64,000 bases of DNA from the NCBI GenBank assembly GCA_002633005.1, contig NMRA01000426.1, positions 108,107 to 172,106 of the forward strand. Reading direction: 5' to 3'. Positions 10,863 to 24,400 of the stretch are shown piece by piece. Source of the stretch: Phoronis australis. Taxonomy: Eukaryota > Animalia > Phoronida. A program made the position numbers and the translations under genes. Below the pieces are notes generated by a model. It saw nothing but the letters and a program-made list of their open reading frames with translations, had not been told where the DNA came from and did no database searches. Numbering within the stretch: position 1 is the stretch's first letter; each line of letters begins with the position of its first letter.

Positions 10863-13010
10863 TCTCTACATGCGTAAGTCCAGTAGTAGATTTATTTATT
10901 GTTTCTTATATTGCCCAACTGGATGACTGAAAACATTCATCGTATTATCAATTGTTGTTTAATGAAATGGATCGCCAGTAGCTGAAAGGTTGCTTAAAAT
11001 AGACATTATTTTATTCAAATGTAATTGGATTTAGTGCATTGCAAATTTTTGTGAACATGAGCTTGATTATTTGAATGAACTTGTCAAGTTGCCTCGCGTA
11101 TTCCAAGCTCACGCACACGCGATCTTGATATTAAGCAGGTTTCCAAGTTCACGCAAACAACAATAGACTCTGAACTAATCGACACAATCCACGACACCTG
11201 AAATCAGTATTGCAACATTCCAGATATACACCAAGCGTACCTTTTGAGGTTTTACAAAAAACTTTGCTTTTATGCTGTATGTTATTTTTTATATAAACAG
11301 TGTGTCTGCAATAAAGTTTATCATATCATAACTCGCTTCCAGCAGACAAATTAATATATCATCTACAGTTGTTGAACCACAACTTTCTTCTGATAAAAGT
11401 TAGTTTCATGTGGACGGTCGCCTGCAGATGTAAAGGCAGACGAACTCAGCGGTGTGCTCTAACGAGTGCATTTCTTATCACCCCTTTCTCGCTGTGAAAC
11501 CGGCATGAGTGAACTACGAAAACAACCGAGCAAGTACCCGCAGTTAGGAATCGAAAACGCAGTGATCACTTAAGTAACAGTAATGGCGTTTTTGGAATGT
11601 CTTCATGAACATTTTTTTAAACGAAATTTGGTCATGTAGCATACCTGTTTGTCTATGAATGTTCCTTTTTTATTAAAAGACGCCAGTCAACGACAGCTAA
11701 ATCAATAAACAAATTGAACAGGTTTTCTACTTTCAGTGGGTGAAATTTTGCAGTTCTGTAGATATATTGGTTGAATGCACACAATAAGGTCCAACACAAC
11801 CTTAACTGATAAATCATTTTTGTGTTTTACAAAACATATATATTTTCCGTATTAAGCAAAAAAAATTCGATTTTCAATAAATCGCCAGTCCCGTGTACTT
11901 AAGGTTATGCAAGACATCACCAAAAGTCTTAAAGTTTCTACAAAACTGTAGATTTCAACTCAGTGAAAGAAAACATTTTGTGAAAGTAAAAGGCCTGTAG
12001 CTTCACTTTTTACCAAGATGACATTAATTGGGTCATGTGACCATATCTTTTAAGTAAAATTTAGCAAAGAGAGGTACATTCCTAGCAAAACGGTATGAAG
12101 ACCAAATTTCATTTGATATGTTTAAAATGAAATACCAGAAAAGCTGTAAAGTTACAGTTTCCCAAGTTATTATTTCATTTTCGTTTTATGCAACTTTTGA
12201 CTATACATAATCATAGAAGGATTTTTAGATAGCCCCTCATGGAAAAATGGAACATTTTAAAAATAATTCTTATGAATGGTTTGAAGAAAACCACACAAGT
12301 TAGCCAAATTTGATCATTTTTCTACTGCCCTATACAACCAAAGGAGAGGTACACCAAAGAAGGGTTGTTGACAACTTCAATAGAATTACAAATACAAATA
12401 AGCAGGTTGAATTAAATTTATTGAATATCCACGCTGTCTTCTGTTACAATTGAAATCACCGAGTTCTTATTTATATCATTTTCCAAAATTATTTCCAATG
12501 TTATCAAGATGTTATCAGAATATGTTGAAGTTGCCCGCCAGGGGGTGTGTCAGTAGCAGTAATCATGTTTTAAACAGAAATTGAAGAAAGATACAGTACA
12601 GCGCCAGAAAGCTCTTGCAGCTTTCATGGTGCGTTCAACGTGGTTAAAATGTCCACGTTTCAAAGGTATTGAAATAAATTTTTCAAAATTAGTTTGAACA
12701 TCGGAAGTTTTTGTACCTCAGGAATGTAAAGTTATAGGACACTCGTGGTGTCACAGGAAGCGAATGCGCTTAACTAAGCAGGTAATGAAGACGATAAAGA
12801 AAAATCGTTAGATAAAGCAAGATAAATAGGTGATGTTCCTTTTTGTGTCAAAGAACATTTATCAAAGACAAAACACGATTCAAATGCCTAGGTTATTATT
12901 GACTGTCTCAGTACACACATATGTTTTATGGTAATTACGCTCTTGTAACGTTACAACTGAGGAATTAATTTCGAACCATTCATTTCCGAACTAACTACTA
13001 CACTCTGACG

Positions 13011-16000
13011 TCACATGTGACGTGTCGTCCCGTAAGCAGTCATCCCTGACTGTGATGCACCTTGGTTCGAACCGTATTGTAAACTTATGACTTTTTTACT
13101 TTCATTAATTTGATCCTCAGAAAACGCTCGCTTGTTTTTGTCGGCAAGTTTTACTCCAATCACTGGCCCTCTGTAACCATTTCTCTGAGCCTGAAAAGTA
13201 AAAGATATATTATGCAAACACTAATACATACAGTGTATATTAAACCACCAACTGGCGCAACTGTAGCAATCCTCAAATTTCAATATTTTGTACAGACCTT
13301 CGAGACACAGAACTGTAGTAACTCGTAAATATTTCTTGCCACAGAGCAAAAACTGTCGTGATTCGCGAATTGCGACAGTTTGGGCAGATTTTCAAAGCAC
13401 AAATTGTCGCGATATAATAGGCGCAGTGACGGATTGTTCGCAGTCTTCGTAATGGAAATGGTCAGCGACCATGCAGGCGAATGGGAGTACTGAGCTCGAC
13501 TGTAACCGGAGGGACAAGAACGCAGCCTGCTTGCAAGTCACGAGCCTGAAGAGAATGGTCCTGTAGGCGACGGACAAGGTGGTTCAATATATGAAGAAAA
13601 ACAAAGGGGCCAATGACGATATATAGACGGAGACCGTAGACACGTTAGCCTAGATGACTTCAACGTTTTATGTGACTCACGTGTAAAATCAGTGAGACAT
13701 TAACACTGAAGACTCACATAGGAGGCAAACGATTGTCCCAACGTCATTTATCGTAATCTATTTTGTCCTGGGTACGCCATGAGCATGTGTTGCAGAGCGT
13801 AAAATAAGATGAGGATTGAGAATAATGTCATTTATTATGACGTAAGTAGAAGAACTAAATAAGACTCTGCAAGATGGGCAGGGAAAAAACGCCACCGGGG
13901 TGAACAATGAATTACCCTTAATGATGGAACCAAAACAAAAGACATAAGAACTGCCTGAAGGGCCTAAAGAAAAAATAAATTGACAAATGCCAAAATAATG
14001 AAGGTAAATACATTTAGCAAGTTAAATTTAATTTATGAATGGTGTTTCAGATACATATACACTTCATTTAGACCGGGCTTCTAGCCGTTTTAAGCCAAGA
14101 CTGGGCTTATAGCCGCCTTGTAGCCGCTTTAAGCCAAGACCAGGGTTATAGCCGCTTTAAGCCAAGACCTGGTTTACGACCATTAATAACAATGGTTGCG
14201 ATGCATGGCGCTTTATACCGGTAAGTTACCGAAGTTCAAAATCGCGGGTGCAGTACGTGAGTAAATATTAACGTGTCGCTTATGGGCATTGCGACTGACA
14301 GTAAGTGCAGTTGCGACATTTAGGTTGTCGTACATAATAAAACACGCGAAATTAATACTTCAAAAAGGTGCTCTAGTGAATGAGTGCTTACCCGGCAAAA
14401 TAACAGCAATATTTAAACCACTAAATACTTGAGGAGAAGCGGTGGGACGTCACAAGTCTCAGTGATAACTACATTCATAATATTCCGCGTAGACACAGAA
14501 AACAAACACAATAATCATGGAAACAGGAATTATGGGTCAATCAGCGAACTTGGCTTACTGGATGCAAAAGCTACAAAGCTGAATTGAAATTTGTGCACAA
14601 GAACAAAACAGGAAAAGGAAAGTGAAAAGCAAGCAAAAGTTAAGCAATCAAATCAAATCACGTGACTTTCAACGTTAACTCACCAACGAGCCCAGCGTAT
14701 GAATACAGTTAATAACCTGGAAATGTTTATAAGAACTATAGATTGCACGCAATCACAGTTTTTATAAAGTAATCATAATTTGTACCAAATACTGGTGTAT
14801 TGTTATTATTATGGCATTCCTAATATTAGATTAAAAAGTCCAAGGTGCCACAGAAATACTAAAGTTTTGATTAACCCGGCACATACTGAAGGCCCAAGAT
14901 AGTTGGTCACTTCACTTACCGTGTAGAGAGATTTGCCTTCATATAAATCTTGCGTCTGGAACGTATCCAGCTCTTGCATACCGTAAAGTTTACACGCATT
15001 CAAGAACATCTCAATATTCTCCATCTGAAACATTACATGAAGTTCCTATTTACAGTGTCTCTTACATCAACCAATGCACAGGCGAGATACAGATGCGCAA
15101 CGCTAAGCCAGAGCGATATTCATTGACAATGTGTTTCAATGCAGCGGGCAGAGTCGTAAAATGCATTTAAAAAACACTGCCTATAAAAGTGTAAAGCTAC
15201 TTTTTGAAAAACTACACATTTTCAAGAATTAGTGATTCCATGTATAGGCTTGTGATTTAAGCAACACAAAAGATATTGAAATGAGCAGCCAGGAGTGGCT
15301 GGATAATGAGTCTATCTAGGTCTGTAGTAAACGTAAATGACGATTTCAATACATGTAGGACTGGTATCTTCATTTCAAATATAACCAGAGCAGTACTGCG
15401 TTCGTACTACATTAAAAGGGAAAAATGTGTAAATACATACAATGCTATCTGATCGCTTGAACACACGAACTCACGTGCTGAAATGAGGGTGAAGCTTACC
15501 TGTTTAAAAGCCAATTTGCTCGTGTTGTATTTTTTGATCAGATGAGGCGCTATTCGGGCCATTAACCTAAAAAGGACAGAAAACGCAAGCTTTTAAACGT
15601 AGTAGAGTATGTTTGAACCTAAAGCACGGATATGTAGTAGGAGTATAGGCCCTACTGTTATACATGTTTTAGGTAAAATTTATTTTGAAATTTTAAGATA
15701 ACCAGTTTCACTGTTGTAGAAAGGTTATGATTGTTGCATTGAAAAAACATGACTAGAATTTTAGCGCATCTTTTGTTTATTTAGAAGGTTTGACACTGAA
15801 TTAATTTATCGTTAATTTTTTAAAAATATTCCTATTTTGATTTTTGGTCTGTGCCTACTAAAAATTTGCAAAAACGTGAAGCTCTACCTGGTGAGCACTG
15901 GGTCACCAAATTAATTTTCCGTTGCAGCCGCGTAAACAGAGACACCTCAGGCAAAAATGATGTGAAATTAATTTGGGTTGCTGAAAAGCCACCTCTAATT

Positions 16001-18760
16001 GAATTCACATCTTTTTAAAAAAGTACAATACGTAGCACAATGTCAGTTTGATGTTTTAACGGCTCTCTTTAGATTCCCCGGTTTACTGATCCGATGTTCT
16101 TACTGTAATATTTCTGGATTATGGGTACTTCAAATTTTAACGTTTTGGCTTCCATACAGAAGTTCCACCGTTAATTTTCCCCTATGTTTTATTTTGTTGC
16201 CCTGAGCGTTTCTCATCAAATCAGACAAAAGGCTCACCGACTTAGTTTTTTTATTTATTTAATAAAAAATAATTGCAGGCGGTCTGATACACGTTGTACC
16301 AGACGTGCGCAGGCCTCGCATGTGGGCCCATTGCACTGATCACCTGGAAATATTTTTATGCTCTATTAATATATGGTTAAAACCGAGCTGAGGAGCTAGA
16401 AACCTGGCTCAAGGGTTTAGCAGTGTGACCTGGTGAGACTCGAACCCACGACCTCGAGTAAAGAAAGCGGGCACTTATCAACCAGGCCACACTGTCCTCT
16501 CCGTATTTATTAAGCTCAAACAGCGCCTCATAAGAATGCACAGTTTAACCTTTTCAAAAGAGCGTCAACTTCAAGATCACTACTGCCCTGTTGCCATAAT
16601 GGCAGTCATTATATTATGTTTGATTTTGAAACAAGTTTAGTTGACGTGAAAAGTTTAAGACAAATGGTTCTTCTTTAATAAATTTAAGACAAATGGTTCT
16701 TCTTCAATTTAAGACAAATGGTTCTTCTTTAATAAATTAAAAAAATTGTCGTTTCACACATAATGCGGCGTACACTTGCTTCTCAAAATAGAACTCAGTT
16801 TTAGGATTTTATGATAAAAAAGTAAAATTACAAAAATTCCCTACACCATGATTCGCATTTGGAGTTAGAAATTCAACAAAAAAACTCATTTGCAACAAAC
16901 TGCATAAATCGACAGAAGCAATTTTAATATCGACTACATGGCATCTCTTATAGGGCTTAACAAGTTAAACATCAGCCGCTGGACCGTTAGATTAACAAAA
17001 GTCAGGTGTTGTCAGTTGGGCAAACTCACACCAAAGTGACTTACCGTTTCAAACCCACTCTCTAAATGGGTGGGTATTCTAATTTATCTACCCCGCCCCC
17101 CGTCTGAAACCCCAGGGAATAATTGGCGACCTGTGCACAGAGTTCATGACAAGGCCCCTAATAACTGAAAACATTGATCAAATTTATCGCGACATCAGTG
17201 CGAATATCTTCACTTTTCATCGAAAATTGCTTCTGTCCTAAGTAGCCTAACAAGCAAGGTCAATATGCTGACAGAAATGTGCATACTCGCACAACGCTTG
17301 TCCGTCCTTGAGAACTTCTTGGAAATCTTTGGGTTCATTAAAGTCACCGCTAGGTGGCACCAGCTGTATCTCGGTCACTTGTTCTATCCAGTCTAGCGCC
17401 TCAAAAGCCAAGTTAAAGTCAAATTTGGCAGCTGTCTGGAAAACAGAGAATGTAAACTTGTGCATTCGTTTGAGGTGACGTACAGTGTCCTTCATTGTAG
17501 CTTGACTAGTATGTGCAACCGACCAGTTCGATTTGATAAACTTTATAACTAGACCGATGGGAGACGGCGGATCGTTCTCACGGGTTTCACGATTACTAAG
17601 CATAAAACACTCACAAGCATTTCTCTTTAGATTTCATTATTGTTGTTGTTTCTTTACATAATGGTTCACCTACGTACCGCAAAGCATCTGCTTATACACA
17701 GTAAATATCATTTTCCCGGCATGGCTTACGAAATCATGAATGACTGTTCACGTCGGGTGCACTCGTTTTTAGTGCTATCTTCACCCGCTCATATTAATCT
17801 TGCGCTCTGTAAAAAAGAAACAATTGTTCCGTGTGTTTATCGCAGACCATTACAACCTCAGACATTTACTGGTCTGTGAACGCAGGATGCGGTCTCACAT
17901 ATCGCTGATTGATTCAATTCCGAGTCTGCTATGCCGGGTAATCACTGAGTCACTCAAAAACTTTGTAACGGACAAATGTTGTAACGAACCAATAAACTTG
18001 GTGGAGTACACAATGATGAAAAATCAAAAACTAAAGTATAACAAATTTAAACATTTCACTGCAATTAGCCTACTTACGCGTCCTTGAAGCTCTCGTGCGG
18101 TAACCATGATTGACCCATGCACACAACGCAAAAATGTTAAACTACAACACAACCTATACAAATGGAATTTAGACTGAAAAACCTTGATTATTTTATTCAC
18201 CGGTCACACGAACCAACTCTAAACTGAGGATAAAAATAAAAAATGAAACGTAAACAAAGCGTTCAAACACTGGCGATTGACATTACTATTTGCGGGCACA
18301 CGTCATACTGAGTACATCTCATGTGTCACGTTACACAAGTCTCCAGTAAAACAAACTGAAGTGTTTGCAAATTAGTTTGTAGTTATAATCTGAAAATAAA
18401 TAGTAAATGTATAATTTCATAACTAAAGCTAACGAGCCCCCCCCGCCGGCATTTGGCGAAGTCGGCAAAAAGGTCCGGCTCAGAGAAACAAAAACTCCCG
18501 GCGAAAAAAGAAGAACACGGGACAAAGTTCACTAAAAAGACAAGAACTACCAAAATTCGGCGAGTGCACAATTCACAGCTCTGAACGCAACTTACTTAGT
18601 AAAAGGTCCACATTTTAAAAATTCGAACCCCTCATTTTTAGGCTGGGTGCTTGCACGTATTACGCGATAACCTTTTGGCACTACTAAATTTCTAATTAAC
18701 AAAACTCACCTTCAAAGCACATTCTCGAGATAGCCCAAACGAAGGCCCTTTGTTTGCCAT
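13011..18760 (-). CDS. Myophilin / muscle protein 20 / transgelin-like protein (CH domain plus one calponin repeat), ~194 aa, 6 coding exons
   Basis: Exons 18710-18760 (MANKGPSFGLSRECALK), 17287-17435 (..EALDWIEQVT..LKDGQALCE), 15500-15566 (..KLAFKQ), 14920-15024 (MENIEMFLNACKLYG..FQTQDLYEGK), 14684-14716 (VINCIHTLGSL), 13011-13190 (..ISLQYGSNQGASQSGMTAYGTTRHM*). All introns GT-AG with matching phases. AATAAA at 12417-12422. Confidence 0.93.
14080..14175. repeat. Short tandem repeat of tagccgctttaagccaagac-like units
   Basis: Three to four visible copies in the last myophilin intron. Confidence 0.7.
16245..16499 (-). mobile_element. tRNA-derived SINE
   Basis: Minus strand: A-box-like gtggcctggttg, B box ggttcgagtc, then cccttgagc (common post-tRNA SINE motif) and an A-rich tail (tttttttatttattt on +). 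No complete cloverleaf. Confidence 0.65.
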
Positions 18761-21012
18761 AATAATGATTACTGTTAAAATATCTTGACCTCAAATGCAG
18801 TGTTCCAAGTAATGACGCAGTCGTCGATTAATGCACAGTAGAGTGTTGAAAAAACGAATGATACCGTGACAGACAGAAGTACTGTTTTATATGACCGTGT
18901 GTATACTCAGCAGCGCCATCTATACACAAAACGTGATCAAATAAGTCAGTATATCTTGTATGGCTTCTCTAGAAACGCATTCTGAATTGCAAAACGTGAA
19001 CTCGTGAAAATATACATATGGACATTGTAGCAGTGAGAACCTTTCATCAGGCTTGGTTTCGTTATAGTTTACTTTTTGAAGATAATCTTAATTTCATACA
19101 AAAGACATCACCTCAACGTACAATTCTCAGTGAAATAAAACTGGAAATAACAAGCTCTCATTCACAGGGAAACCATTTTGTCAAAATTTAAGTTTACATG
19201 ACTAAATAGCTCTCATCTAGGATCACTTTGTAACATGCAGTTGTACGACTTCTCTCCACGCAAAGATGTACAGTGTATCCTATTTCAGTTTTGACTGTGA
19301 CTACTCATCACGAAATTGGTCTAAAATTGTTTCTCAACCAAATAAGAGATGAATTGTGAGATTGTGATTGCTCAAGACCCGGCCATACAAACTGGCTTTT
19401 TACAGTGGATTACTTCATTTGCCAAGCATAATCTCTGCCAATAACAAAATGTTATTTTTCCAAGTCCACAAACCACACCTCACATGAGGTAGGAACAAGT
19501 CACTACTAGTTTTAGAGCATAAGTGGTATAGTTCCTGCTTTGTTGATGGAGGACAGGCTCATAGCCACTTCACGTAAGCCTGCTATAACCTCAGTAATCA
19601 CTAGTGCAGGCAAGAAAATCACTGAACAAGTGTACAAGACCACAGACTAACAACTCTGAAAATTCTGTTCCAGGCAAAACCATTGAATTGGTTCAGGTTT
19701 CAGGCTGGAATGGTTTCTTTTGACTTTTTAATACTGCAATTTGTCCTTCCTAATTACACATAATTAAAAGGTCGTCCAATGGTGTTCATCCATTGGTTCA
19801 ATNNNNNNNNNNNNNNNNNNNNNNNNNNNNNNNNNNNCCCCTCATTTTTAGGCTGGGTGCTTGCACGTATTACGTGATAACCTTTTCGCACTACTAAATT
19901 TCTAATTAACAAAACTCACCTTCAAAGCACATTCTCGAGATAGCCCAAACGAAGGCCCTTTGTTTGCCATAATAATGATTACTGTTAAAATATCTTGACC
20001 TCAAATGCAGTGTTCCAAGTAATGACGCAGTCGTCGATTAATGCACAGTAGAGTGTTGAAAAAATGAATGATACCGTGACAGACAGAAGTACCGTTTTAT
20101 ATGACCGTGTGTATACTCAGCAGCGCCATCTATACACAAAACGTGATCAAATAAGTCAGTATATCTTCTATGGCTTCTCTAGAGACGCATTCTCAATTGC
20201 AAAACGCGAACTCGTGAAAATGTACATATGGACATTGTAGCAGTGAGAACCTTACATCAGGATGTATTTAAGCTTGGGTTCGTTATAGTTTACTTTTTGA
20301 AGATAATCTTAATTTCATACAAAAGACATCACCTCAAAGTACAATTCTCAGTGAAATAAAACTGGAAATAAAAAGCTCTCATTCACAAGCAAACATTTTT
20401 GTTAAAATTTAAGTTTACATGACTAAATAGCTCTCATCTAGGATCACTTTGTAACATGCAGTTGTACGACTTCTCTAAAAAAATGTACAGTGTATCCTAT
20501 TTCAGTTTTGACTGTAACTACTCATCACGAAATTGGTCTAAAATTGTTTCTCAACCAAATAAGAGATGAATTGTGAGATTGTTATTGCTCAAGACCCGGC
20601 CATGCAAACTGGCTTGTTACAGTGGATTACTTCATTTGCCAAGCATAATCTCTGCCAACAACAAAATGTTATTTTTCCAAGTCCACGAACCACACCTCAC
20701 ATGAGGTACGAACAAGTCACTACTAGTTTTACAGCATAAGTGGTATAGTTCCTGCTTTGTTGATGGAGGACAGGCTCATAGCCACTTCATGTAAGCCTGC
20801 TATAATCTCAGTAATCACTAGTGCAGGCAAGAAAATCTCTGAACAAGGGTACAAGACCACAGACTAACAACTCTGAAAATTCTGTTCCAGGCAAAACCAT
20901 TGGTTCAGGTTTCAGGCTGGAATGGTTTCTTTTGACTTTTTAATACTGCAACTTGTCCTTCCTAATTAACATAATTAAAAGGTCATCCAATGGTGTTCAT
21001 CCATTGGTTCAA
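18628..21012. repeat. 1.17-kb direct duplication across a short N gap (probable uncollapsed haplotypes), duplicating myophilin exon 1 (second copy 19920-19970)
   Basis: 18628-19802 and 19838-21012 are near-identical with scattered SNPs and small indels, and abut the gap at 19803-19837. Confidence 0.9.
18856..18922 (-). promoter_or_regulatory. Myophilin core promoter: TATA box, initiator and upstream CTCF-like motif
   Basis: TATAAAA at 18885-18891 lies 32 nt upstream of a TCATTC initiator (18856-18861), about 100 nt before the ATG; TAGATGGCGCTG at 18911-18922. Confidence 0.55.
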
Positions 21013-21479
21013 CTGCAAAGATTCATCTCAGATAACTATATAACTATTCCAGTTTTGTGATTTTGCCTTAATTTAAAAACGCTAAATGCACAAGGCCAAC
21101 AATATTGAGTGCACTGAAATATCAGGGGATCATCTCCTTGATATGACACAATTACTCACTAGTGACACCTGGTGAGTATCTGATTACATGGAAATAGTGA
21201 TTGGTACATGAAGCCCTTCACACAGACCAAAGCAGAGCCTGTAGTAGGACAGTCACATATAACATCCTAAAGTTGTCAAACTTTGGTCTACAAACAAAGG
21301 ATGAATGGACCAGCACAAACTTAACTTACTGCGAGTAAAACACCGTCTATAGAACGATACACACTTTATTCCCATTGTGGGGCCAGAGGAGACAACTCAC
21401 GATCAGCACAGACTGAAGACTGACACTCTCTCAGAGTACTTAATCATGTCAGTGGACACACAACAGTACAACACAAAGA

Positions 21480-24400
21480 CTATAGCTTAACATCTGAATG
21501 AAAGTATTGTTTCAGGTTCTGCAGTGCCCGTCCTCTATGAGATATGGAATTCTTGGTCTCCTTGGCCATTTCTGCATAAGTTTGTTCAAAACCATTAGGC
21601 TGGAAACATGGGTCCCAGCCAAAGTCACGAGGTCCTCTTGGTGCTACTATTTGACCATCTGTCTGTCCTTTGAATAATAAAACTTTATCCTCTGGATTTC
21701 CTGACGAAAATGCAAAGGTGCAGAGAGCATATGCTGTCTTGTCCTCGAAACCAGTCAACATCTGGTGTAAACCTATAACAGTCAAAATCTTGTGAAAACT
21801 ATTACATTACTACTTGAACAACTATTACAGTACTACTTGAACAACTATTACAACTTGAACAACTAATACTACTTGAACAACTATTACTACTTGAACCTGG
21901 TCTTTTGGACTGTTTTTCCTACTTCCAAGATTCCTAGAGATGTCTCATCTCCTTGGATTGAAGAATGTTGACTACTAGTGGCGAGAATTCCAGTAATTTT
22001 GGATCTCATTTGTCAAGTGACATTGTCAATACTTTCATTCCATGCGGACAACAATTCAAGTCTGGAGACACCTAGCTTATTGAGGTTTTAGGGCTCCAGT
22101 ACTCTTCTGTCAAACTCAACATTTTCACTGCTAACCCCAAGGTCATGCCATGCAATAATGGCTCAAGACCTTCATTATATTATCTAGTGTGAAACTACAA
22201 CAATCAGTTTTGCATGTCGTCATTTTACACATTACACTCAATATAGCCTCACAGAAGTGCCACCTGCAGCATGCCAATGCGACCTCACTAGATTTTGTTT
22301 GCCGAACTGATTCAAGTCCTCACACAAAGTCTCAACACTTGCTCGTGCATGTGCTCAAAATTCTACAAAGTGTAAAGACACGAGTTGGAATTGTTCAGTA
22401 AAACCCAGAAGGCCCCATTCATGACACGTGCTCAGACAATATGTTCTGTTCGTCTTCATTTCCGTCAGGTTGGAACTGAGTCTAATAGGATATTGGAGCC
22501 GATGGGAGACATAATAAGTCAGCCAGGAATTGGTGTAACCCTAATTCCCCATTCGGTGCATCAACAACATTTGCAGCAGCCCTGCCCTGCTTTTTCCAAT
22601 TCAGATGTTCAATTCATTGACGTAAAGAGTGGAGCCGACGCCGTGTTGCTTTGGGGGNTCCTATAGCTTTCACAACCCCACATATGGGGTTTCCTTGTTT
22701 TAACATGCTCATTTCCCATTTGGCAACCTCGGAATTTTACCAAGTTATAAATGTTATCAACTTATAAAAGTTACCAGCTTACAAAAGCAAGCTCACCAAA
22801 AAACCCTCTCAAGTTGAATATACCAAAATTGCACAGGTTTCTGCACAGCACTTGAAATTAGTACTTAAAGCAAGAAAAAACACCAAACCCAGAACTCACC
22901 TTCTGGTCCTATACTTTTCAAAAACCACTTGATATAAGGCCCAGGCATTCCCTTCAGAGCGTTGAAACACAAGCATGTGTCCTCCACCAGTACTGGTCCC
23001 TTTATCGCCTGCGCAGCTGCCAGACACTTTGATCTAGACACTTCGTCTGGCTCACCCTGATACTCTGGAAGGTCAAGGTCGTGGTTCACAAACTGAAACG
23101 TACAGCAGGCAATGTTAGCATGACATGGCAGGACTCGGCGCTATGAAAATCACCAGGTCGCATTTTGTGACCTAGCTAAAATCCCAGGTTGCATTTTCAA
23201 TATCCAACTCGCATTCATAAATGCCAGATCGCAAAATTTTCCCGCCATTTTTACGCGCCAAAACTGATTTTTAGATCATTGAGAAAATGTTTAGATTATG
23301 CCCTTACCTGCGGCATTAAATACTCACAAATTTCATGTCGCAAAATTGAGTTCATACATGCAGGTACGGTGTTACTGTTCCACTTCATGGCCACCATTGA
23401 AAGGCTCTAGAGCTCAAGGATAGTTGATGACGAGTAAGTTGAATCAGTGCTCTCTAACTGACACATGCATTCAAGTAGCTAGATTTGCAATGTGAAAAGG
23501 GAGAAAATACTCGTTGAAAAACTATCCGCGATTTTGCTAGGCCTGACCTGCTGTATGACTGTCATCAAAGTCTTTAAACATCCAAACTAACTCTGAGTGC
23601 AAACTCCTTCCATTTTTTGTTCGCAGCCCAAACTTTGCAACTTAACTCGACCTTTGAAAAACATTCTGTCAAAAAAAGTGAAATATTGCCCTAGTCGAAT
23701 GACGTATTCAGATGCACGGGGACAATTTAGTGCAAAATTCACAACAAAAATGTGGGACTTATGCTGCTTATGTACTCAACACATGAAATGAAAAGCCTCG
23801 ACAAAATTTCTGACTCCGTGCGGGTTTCTATCGGGCATTTTGAGCTTGCTCAATACCTTCCATGTACGAGAAAAACAGATCAGACATAAAACGACACGCA
23901 TGTCATTAGTGTTAACTTTCTTCTGGGTTTGGTTTTTACATATTGAGAAAAGATGTTTTTTTGAAAACTGAATTTGTTGTGTAAAACTAGTGCGACTCAC
24001 TATATAGGCTGCGTGTCAATTTCAAACCACATTTGTAGTGGGCTATGATGGGCGCTAGCCTGATCTGTGGGCGCTTAATTGGAAATTCTCAAAGTTGAGG
24101 GGAATGCTTAGTAGAGCAGTGAGGGCTTATTGAGAAACACTTCAAAGGTAGGGGGTAAGCGCATGTGTGGGCATAGTCGTTAACCTGCGTGTTTGCGGTA
24201 ATAAGATCTTGAAAGACTGCAATAGTAAGAAATGTTATTATAATACGATTTTGTGAAGCAAACTCCACCTAGTAGGGGCGACTTTCTGGGTATCGTTACC
24301 ACCTACAGATTGTCAAATAGAACCATTGGCAACCGGGTGCTTAACAGAACCAAGTTAGTATACTCTTTCATTTAGGATTGTCGCTGTTCTCTTTTGATGT

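Larger units (their letters stand above)
10543..10946. mobile_element. Penelope-like element remnant: inverted pseudo-LTR pair with 38-nt tail and 13-bp TSD
   Basis: Arms 10543-10751 (minus nested MITE) and 10782-10908 are a ~127-bp near-perfect inverted repeat around a 30-nt spacer. Unpaired tail 10909-10946. TSD atcaattgttgtt at 10530-10542 and 10947-10959. Each arm carries a hammerhead motif. Confidence 0.75.
10336..11158. mobile_element. TIR element (~55-bp imperfect inverted ends) hosting nested insertions
   Basis: tgcgtgaacttggaatcctgcttaatctcaagatggcgtatgcgtgaatttggaat (from 10339) matches the reverse complement of ~11100-11155; related sequence at ~62625-62700. Confidence 0.65.

Noticed and set aside
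16420-16499. tRNA gene
   Set aside because: A and B boxes are present, but there is no convincing cloverleaf and it continues into a SINE body and A-rich tail.
18628-21012. Apparent duplication of the myophilin promoter and exon 1 (alternative promoters)
   Set aside because: Copies abut a short N gap and differ only at allele-like levels; most likely two haplotypes scaffolded in tandem. Halved read depth would confirm.
21900-22720. Coding-like sequence in the last ITPA intron
   Set aside because: Stops in the frames I read and no motif I can assign; possibly an old transposon relic.
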